From a virus, in IMG/VR virus record IMGVR_UViG_3300042399_002267: 64,000 nt of DNA; one strand, given 5' to 3'. The notes under the pieces are model-generated. The model did no database searches. It saw only the letters and a program-made list of their open reading frames with translations, and was not told the DNA's origin. Made by a program: the position numbers and the translations under genes. This document shows, in pieces, positions 58,327 through 64,000 of the stretch (position 1 is the stretch's first letter; the number at the start of each line of letters is the position of its first letter).

Positions 58327-61300
58327 TTACTTATTGTGCTTAGGATTTTTCTTTTTTTCTTCTTCTTCTACTTCTTGTACAGTTTGATCCAAATGTTCTT
58401 CTGGATTTTCAAAAATATCACCATATCCTGGCAATAACTCATCCCAGTACTCAAAAGTTTCATCTTTTGGATCTTCTTTTGCAACCTTTACAAACTTGTT
58501 ATTTTCAGAAGCGAAAGATGTCAATGATCCAAGACTTGAAGGGTTTGTCAATAGTTCAAGATAAACGCCTTCTAATTTGGAAAGATTTGTTTGACTTGTT
58601 TGTAGTGCATCTTGTAAACTAGACATTTCATATTCATCAATTTGAGCTTGTGTTTCTGGAGATGGTTTTATTTTTGCACCAATACCTGGTTGTTTAGAAA
58701 TATCATCAAAGTATTTATCAAGTCCAATTTTCTCAATAATACTTTGTGCTTCTGCAGTTTGTGCCTGAGCAGCTTCTTCTTGATATTCTTTTAATTTTTT
58801 ATCAAGTTGAGCTGTGACTGCATCTCTTAATTGAACATCGGAAATACTGAGTATTTGATTCCTAAGAAAACTCAACTTTTCTGAGCTGTAATTCAAATGT
58901 AAGTAAGGAACACCTGCACCAATAGAATCATATTCAAAACCCATCTCTTTTAAGAGATTAGCTAATTTACTATTCGCCTTGTTAGCTAATTCTTGTGGAG
59001 ATAAAGCTCTTGGTTGCTGAACTTTCTTTTTTCCTAATGCTACATCAAGAGATTCCAGTGGATTGGGCAATTTAGGTTGCGGTAATGCACTTTGAGCTTC
59101 AGTGATAAGATTAGAGAATCTAAAACCTTGTAATTCTTTATTTGATGCTACTAAATTTTGCGGAATAACTCCAGGTTGAGGTTCTTGGATTTGTGGAGCA
59201 GTAACAGGAGATTTTGCTATTTGTGTATTATAAAATTTCTTAAATGCATCTGGGTCTTTAGACAATATTGAAGACATGATCTTTTCTTTATTATTTTTTT
59301 CAAGATCTATTAAATTTTGCAATGCTCCTAAAACACCACCAGGTCTCATGATCATGTTGGCAACATTAATTCCAATACCAAGAAGATTTTGCATATCAGG
59401 TATTTGTGATTTTAATTGTCTTAAAACCAATTGAGATTTTTGATAATTGTCAGCAAATAAAGTGAATGATTTGTATTTTCTTAATTTTGCTAAGAAAAAC
59501 TCTCTTAAATCTTTACTAACTTCAGCTTTTAAATCAAGAAGATTACTTGTTGATAAAATTTTATTTTTACCATACATTTCCATTGCTCTTTGCTTTAAAT
59601 TGTCAATAAGATTATTTTCATATTGAATAATTTTTGTAGCATCAAGAACTAGATTGTAATACTCTTGGTATTCTCTTTTTATTTCTTCAGGTGGAGCACT
59701 TGCTATACTTGATAAATCTTTTCCTCTAGAAACTTCACCTTCAATTCTTGCAGATAATGCAGATTCGAAATTACTGATTACCTGTTTGACATTTTGTCTG
59801 TATTGTTCTAAAGTTACTAAAGTTTTAGATTCAGACTGGGATGCCCCTAATGCTTCAAACATTTTGGCTGATCTTTGTACTTGCTGTGGAGTAAGTTGAT
59901 TCTTTGGTAAGTTTCTTCCTAAAACTCTTGGTGCAGTGGCATATGCATACTGTTGAAATAATAACCAACCAGAAGCTGCTAAACCTAAGGCTCCAGAAAT
60001 ATCACCACTTAAAAATGCATTAAGTACACCCAAACCACCCACTACAGTAAGCGCTGCATCAAAAAAAGGATCAGTAGTTGGATTAGGAGCTGCTATACTC
60101 TGAGATACTTTTATAAACTTATTATTATTATTAGCGTTTGCTTTTTTAGAACTTATGCTTTGGAGTTGTAATTCAGAACCAGTTCTACTTATCTCAGGGA
60201 AAAATTTTAATTCAAACTGCTTTGAATTCATGGTAGGAAGTTCTTTTAAGATAGAACTTAAAGAGCTAACCGTTCTTGAGAATGTTTTTGTAGTAGCAGC
60301 TAAATTTTGATTTTTGCTAGTCACAGCAAGAACTTTATTAATATCTGCAATCAAAAGTGTCAATGTTCTTTGAACATTAGGTTTGTTTTTATTAAATACA
60401 GATTCTGACTCTGCAGTTGTTTGTTGTACTGCAGCTGGCTTTTGTAAAGGAGATCCTTGTGTTCGAGGGGCATTTACTTTTGGCAAAGCTGGGGCAGTAA
60501 AACCTTGAGCTATCTTAACACTGCTGGTAACTTTTTTAACATCTGGTATATTTTTTCTTCTATCATAAGTTGGTATTGCTGTTTGATCACCTTGAATACC
60601 ACTTAGGAATTGATCTTTATACTCTTGCCCTAGTTTTAACTCTCTAAATAATCTACCGAACATTTTTAATCTAGGGTTTGTTTGAGAGTCTCCAAATATT
60701 TTTGCTACTTCTTGAATTGCAGCAATTTCAGCATTTACAAATTCATTGCTTTCCATCATGTCAGCAATTGCTTTTTGCTGATCAGCAATCTCTAGTGCTC
60801 TTATTTTTTTATTGATATTGAATTGATAATCTCTTCTTAGAACTTCATAATCTTCAGCTTTTCTCAATGTTGCTAAACCAATAACGTCTTGCATAAGATT
60901 GAATGCATCCATATCCTTGCCAAATAACAATGGATTGTTCATATATTCGTCAGCATTTCCCATAAATGCTGATATTAAGATATCAAACACAGGTATAGCT
61001 CTAAACTTAGATTGAAGACTAGCTGCATCTTCTAATATTCTTGAAGTAAGTTGAGGGTTTTGAATTGTTTTATAATGAAAAAGAGCAAAATCTAAAACTG
61101 TATTTAAGCTCTGTCCACTCTTGTATGAAGCGTTGATACCTTCATTACAAATGTCGATAAAATCTTCAAAAGGAATACTATACTCTGACAAACCTTTTGT
61201 AATAATTTTTATAACATTATCTTCAGAAGTTAATGTTAATAGTCTACTAATTAAAACATCTCTTTTTTGAAGATCGGCAGCAGTTAATTGAGCCAGTTGA

Positions 61301-61527
61301 CCTCTTTTTGCAGCAAGCTCCAAAAGCATCTTATTTACAGAATCAACGCCAGATGATCTAGAGGGTGCCTTTGTTCCTTTTTCTTCTTTTGGTTCTTTTT
61401 CTAGATTTTCTTTCTGAATTTTCTCAAGCTCTTCTAGTCGTTCTTCAACGGTTTTAGTATCTTCTGCTAACCTTTTATTAGATGAATGAGAACCAAAAAG
61501 GATATTGTTGCTGTTATCGAAATTCAT
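58327..61527 (-). CDS. Large alpha-helical protein, putative internal head/ejection protein
   Basis: 1066 aa, helical with Q/P-rich linkers, three K-(I/V)-(A/S)-(Q/K) motifs and one hydrophobic Gly/Ala segment (AALTVVGGLGVLNAFL). Confidence 0.5.
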   Translation of the reverse strand: MNFDNSNNILFGSHSSNKRLAEDTKTVEERLEELEKIQKENLEKEPKEEKGTKAPSRSSGVDSVNKMLLELAAKRGQLAQLTAADLQKRDVLISRLLTLTSEDNVIKIITKGLSEYSIPFEDFIDICNEGINASYKSGQSLNTVLDFALFHYKTIQNPQLTSRILEDAASLQSKFRAIPVFDILISAFMGNADEYMNNPLLFGKDMDAFNLMQDVIGLATLRKAEDYEVLRRDYQFNINKKIRALEIADQQKAIADMMESNEFVNAEIAAIQEVAKIFGDSQTNPRLKMFGRLFRELKLGQEYKDQFLSGIQGDQTAIPTYDRRKNIPDVKKVTSSVKIAQGFTAPALPKVNAPRTQGSPLQKPAAVQQTTAESESVFNKNKPNVQRTLTLLIADINKVLAVTSKNQNLAATTKTFSRTVSSLSSILKELPTMNSKQFELKFFPEISRTGSELQLQSISSKKANANNNNKFIKVSQSIAAPNPTTDPFFDAALTVVGGLGVLNAFLSGDISGALGLAASGWLLFQQYAYATAPRVLGRNLPKNQLTPQQVQRSAKMFEALGASQSESKTLVTLEQYRQNVKQVISNFESALSARIEGEVSRGKDLSSIASAPPEEIKREYQEYYNLVLDATKIIQYENNLIDNLKQRAMEMYGKNKILSTSNLLDLKAEVSKDLREFFLAKLRKYKSFTLFADNYQKSQLVLRQLKSQIPDMQNLLGIGINVANMIMRPGGVLGALQNLIDLEKNNKEKIMSSILSKDPDAFKKFYNTQIAKSPVTAPQIQEPQPGVIPQNLVASNKELQGFRFSNLITEAQSALPQPKLPNPLESLDVALGKKKVQQPRALSPQELANKANSKLANLLKEMGFEYDSIGAGVPYLHLNYSSEKLSFLRNQILSISDVQLRDAVTAQLDKKLKEYQEEAAQAQTAEAQSIIEKIGLDKYFDDISKQPGIGAKIKPSPETQAQIDEYEMSSLQDALQTSQTNLSKLEGVYLELLTNPSSLGSLTSFASENNKFVKVAKEDPKDETFEYWDELLPGYGDIFENPEEHLDQTVQEVEEEEKKKNPKHNK

Positions 61528-61530
61528 TTC

Positions 61531-61713
61531 TTATTCTGTCTTAGCAATAATTTTATATGTGGAAGTGGAACAATGTGGGCATTTGCCTTGTAAAGCATGC
61601 CTGTTGCTCTTGAAGACTACTTTTTTAGGTGCAACTGTAGATACCATAGTTCTACATTTTACACAATACATTGGGTGAGTTACTGTACCGTCTTCTAATT
61701 TTTCTGATGCCAT
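61531..61713 (-). CDS. DUF5679-like small Zn-binding protein (start re-assigned to 61713)
   Basis: MYCVKCR...NRHALQGKCPHCSTSTYKII. A GGGAG RBS precedes the ATG at 61713. Confidence 0.75.
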   Translation of the reverse strand: MASEKLEDGTVTHPMYCVKCRTMVSTVAPKKVVFKSNRHALQGKCPHCSTSTYKIIAKTE

Positions 61714-61735
61714 ATTATTCTCCCGTAAAATTAAT

Positions 61736-61760
61736 TTCATAAATTATTGTACAAATACCT
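61736..61760 (-). promoter_or_regulatory. Candidate late promoter AGG-N17-ATGAA
   Basis: Minus strand AAAGG-tatttgtacaataattt-ATGAA at the head of the long leftward structural operon. Confidence 0.5.
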
Positions 61761-61778
61761 TTAACCAGTAGAACCGAA

Positions 61779-62126
61779 ATGCCAAGATACGAGTATATTT
61801 GCAATTGCCACTTTGAACCTAAAACTTATGTTATTAACTTATCTTTTAGTGATTATAAACCTGAGATTCCTTGTCCTTGTGGCGATGGAGTAGCTAAAAG
61901 AAAATTTTCTTCATTCTCAGTACAAGAAGGGTTAACGTCTAATGAAAAGAAATTTGGCACAACGTCAAATAGAAAAAATATGGCAGACTTTATGAAGGAT
62001 CAAAAGACTGTAAGAAAATCTTCATATGCACCTGATACAAGAGAATCTGTATCAAATGAAATTTGGTTGGGTAAGGAAGGCTTAGATGGCATCACTTCTA
62101 TGCCTATCGAAAGGAAAAAAGATTAA
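61779..62126 (+). CDS. FmdB-family zinc-ribbon protein
   Basis: MPRYEYIC.C...CPCG...KRKFSSF matches the FmdB pattern MPxYEYxC...CP.C....R..S. Confidence 0.7.
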   Translation: MPRYEYICNCHFEPKTYVINLSFSDYKPEIPCPCGDGVAKRKFSSFSVQEGLTSNEKKFGTTSNRKNMADFMKDQKTVRKSSYAPDTRESVSNEIWLGKEGLDGITSMPIERKKD

Positions 62127-62920
62127 TGGAAAATAACGAACCTGAATCATTTATTATTCAAAATGTCACTCTAAGTCCACACTACGTCAGCGATATCAGA
62201 TTGCAATTTGATCCTCTGGCTGTGATTGATCTCACTTGGGAAGAATCTAAAGCTGTAAAGGCATCGAAAGATTTAAGAAACTCCTTGAGAACTGGTGTTC
62301 TAAGAAAGATTACACAAGATCAATGGGAAAAGATTCTTGAAAAGCAAACTATTCGTGAAAAAAAAGAGCTTCTTAAGCAACAAGACTTTGAAAATCTTAG
62401 AACTATTGATGTAGATGGAGAAGAAAAGCAAGTTGAAATTATTGATCTTCAAAAGGGAAATTCTTCAAAAGAAGCAGCAGTTTCTACGTCTGGATATGCG
62501 AATGACTCTATGAGTTATGCTTTAGCACTAGACATTGCTCAACAACAAGCAGAACTTCGTGGAGACGAATTGTCTGTTGAAGAGTTTGCTGAACAAGTAA
62601 AGAATAATGCACATCTTGTTCCTACATTGATCAAGCAAGCAAGAAATTTATCTGAAAACTCTTCTGTTTCAGGAGATGCTAGGAAGGGTAAAGCATATGT
62701 TGCATATCAAGCTGAACAAAATGCTGGCACATCAGTAAAACAAATGAATATGACAAATTTTAACAGAGATGGTTATGTTGCTAATGGATCAGATAGTAAT
62801 AATATTCCTATCAAAGATGCATTGGATATTGAAGCATATGATGACATGCCAATTGCAGAAGCTATCGATCTAGAAGGCGAATCTGGAGATGATGAAAAGG
62901 GCTCTGTACGTAGACTTTAG
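62126..62920 (+). CDS. Hypothetical protein
   Basis: 264 aa, acidic C-terminus, TAATG overlap with the upstream gene. Confidence 0.65.
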   Translation: MENNEPESFIIQNVTLSPHYVSDIRLQFDPLAVIDLTWEESKAVKASKDLRNSLRTGVLRKITQDQWEKILEKQTIREKKELLKQQDFENLRTIDVDGEEKQVEIIDLQKGNSSKEAAVSTSGYANDSMSYALALDIAQQQAELRGDELSVEEFAEQVKNNAHLVPTLIKQARNLSENSSVSGDARKGKAYVAYQAEQNAGTSVKQMNMTNFNRDGYVANGSDSNNIPIKDALDIEAYDDMPIAEAIDLEGESGDDEKGSVRRL

Positions 62921-62922
62921 AA
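62898..62922 (+). promoter_or_regulatory. Candidate late promoter AGG-N17-TAGAA
   Basis: AAAAGG-gctctgtacgtagactt-TAGAA spans the stop codon of the upstream gene. Confidence 0.5.
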
Positions 62923-62942
62923 ATTTGAAGTAGACGAAGTTT

Positions 62943-62970
62943 AAAAGGCTACCGTTGAGTAGCCTTTTTC
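62943..62970 (+). terminator. Intrinsic terminator-like hairpin
   Basis: AAAAGGCTAC-cgttga-GTAGCCTTTT is a perfect 10-bp stem ending in a T tract. Confidence 0.75.
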
Positions 62971-62984
62971 AATTGGAGATAACG

Positions 62985-64000
62985 ATGTCAGATATACAAC
63001 AATTTTCTTTTTCACAAAGTCCATTAGTTTACTACAATACTAATTCAACAAATCCAGGAATTTATCTTGAATGGGAAAGGTACAATATCACTGACACATA
63101 TGCTTACAATGTTTACAAAAGTGCTACTTTTGAAGGAACAATAGGCAATGAATATACACTTCTGACTACAGTCCCTTATCCTATAAATGAGATGGTAGAT
63201 GGTTATGGAAGTCCAAACAATTACTACAGAATTCAAGAAGTAGACAATCAAGGAAATCAATTAAATGTTGGGCAACCTATTGGTGGTGATGAACTTCTTA
63301 TAAAATCAAGCCTAAGATACGAACTTGAACATTTATTGAATATACCAATCTACGATGAAGAATTGATATTTTATGGATCTAGGACAAAAGCAACATCTGC
63401 ATTTCCTTTTTGGAATTATTACCCTAGACCTGAAATAAGAATTACAGGATTTTCAAATGAAGGAGATAGGGATGCTCTTATTCATTTATCTGAAGTAGAA
63501 CCTACCTTCAAAACTATAAATGCAGGATACGAACCAATTGAGTATTCTAGAGATGGAAATGTTGTTGAATACCCTGGTGGAAACAACTACAATGAGGGTC
63601 TTTTATATAAATGTGACTATATGGGCAATGTTTACTTTGTAGATCAAAGAGAAAGAGCATATGCAATTCATCCATATGACACTGTTTTTGCATCTTACAC
63701 AATTAGAATGTTTACAAGTCAACACATGAACAGTGCATTAAATATGGCATTACAAACTATAAATGCCCAACCTGGTTCTAGTAAATATCCTACTGTAGCA
63801 TCTGCTCCTTTTTATTATGATCCTGCTATAGTTTTTGGTGCATGTTATTACTTACTAAGAGCACTATTAGTATCTCTTACAGGAAGACAAAGAAGATTAT
63901 TGTTAGAAGATCCTGATGCTAAAATTATTGACGAATTAAGAAGTACTGCTACTATGTACAAAGAAGACTTCGATAAACAACTTGAAAAACTTCCAATTGC
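62985..64000 (+). CDS. 3'-truncated protein absent from the ORF track, possible neck/head-tail adaptor
   Basis: GGAG RBS, ATG at 62985, and the frame stays open to the window end (MSDIQQFSFSQSPLVYY...). FnIII-like start (LEWE...YNVYKS...YYRIQEVD) and a helical end (MNSALNMALQTINAQP...AIVFGACYYLL). Confidence 0.75.
   Translation, partial: MSDIQQFSFSQSPLVYYNTNSTNPGIYLEWERYNITDTYAYNVYKSATFEGTIGNEYTLLTTVPYPINEMVDGYGSPNNYYRIQEVDNQGNQLNVGQPIGGDELLIKSSLRYELEHLLNIPIYDEELIFYGSRTKATSAFPFWNYYPRPEIRITGFSNEGDRDALIHLSEVEPTFKTINAGYEPIEYSRDGNVVEYPGGNNYNEGLLYKCDYMGNVYFVDQRERAYAIHPYDTVFASYTIRMFTSQHMNSALNMALQTINAQPGSSKYPTVASAPFYYDPAIVFGACYYLLRALLVSLTGRQRRLLLEDPDAKIIDELRSTATMYKEDFDKQLEKLPI

Noticed and set aside
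1-64000. Stop-codon reassignment (alternative genetic code)
   Set aside because: Coding density is near complete in code 11, and TAA, TAG and TGA all end genes at sensible positions.
1-64000. The many 60-125-aa overlapping ORFs in the track (for example 39717-40046, 54212-54544, 56258-56632, 63045-63260)
   Set aside because: They lie antisense or out-of-frame within long conserved-looking genes, with no RBS or recognisable motifs.
1-64000. Bacterial chromosome or prophage origin
   Set aside because: The housekeeping-like genes (gyrBA, dnaK, dnaJ, lepB) are interleaved with phage structural genes, lack their usual bacterial neighbours (dnaA/recF, grpE/hrcA, lepA/rnc), and no integrase or att site is seen.

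Overview
AT-rich fragment of a large (jumbo/huge-type) tailed phage genome, read in standard genetic code 11. No tRNA, rRNA, CRISPR array, integrase or transposase is visible. The plus strand (1-16.6 kb) holds a 5'-truncated tail-fibre-like gene, two putative head-associated genes, a true DNA gyrase pair (gyrB with a ~70-aa insertion; gyrA with a GyrA-box), a 1802-aa fibre with ~50 His-containing repeats, and two paralogous tail-tube-like genes. The minus strand (16.6-61.7 kb) holds a translationally coupled dnaK / MerC-domain / DUF151 nuclease-like trio, a Zn-finger gene and an SF2 helicase. It continues with a chaperone-protease cassette (S8 subtilisin, signal peptidase I, trypsin-like S1 protease, dnaJ, acidic protein, holin-like protein) and ~36 kb of very large tail/baseplate-like genes. 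The window ends with an FmdB-type Zn-ribbon gene, a hypothetical gene and a 3'-truncated gene missing from the ORF track. Reading intergenic DNA by eye gave three further results: a recurring bipartite motif AGG-N17-(C/T)AGAA ahead of structural operons (sigmaH-like geometry; candidate late promoter), sigma70-type promoters ahead of gyrB and the helicase, and an unannotated 23-aa ORF with its own -10, hairpin, RBS and terminator. All family calls are motif recognition by eye; no database searches were run.
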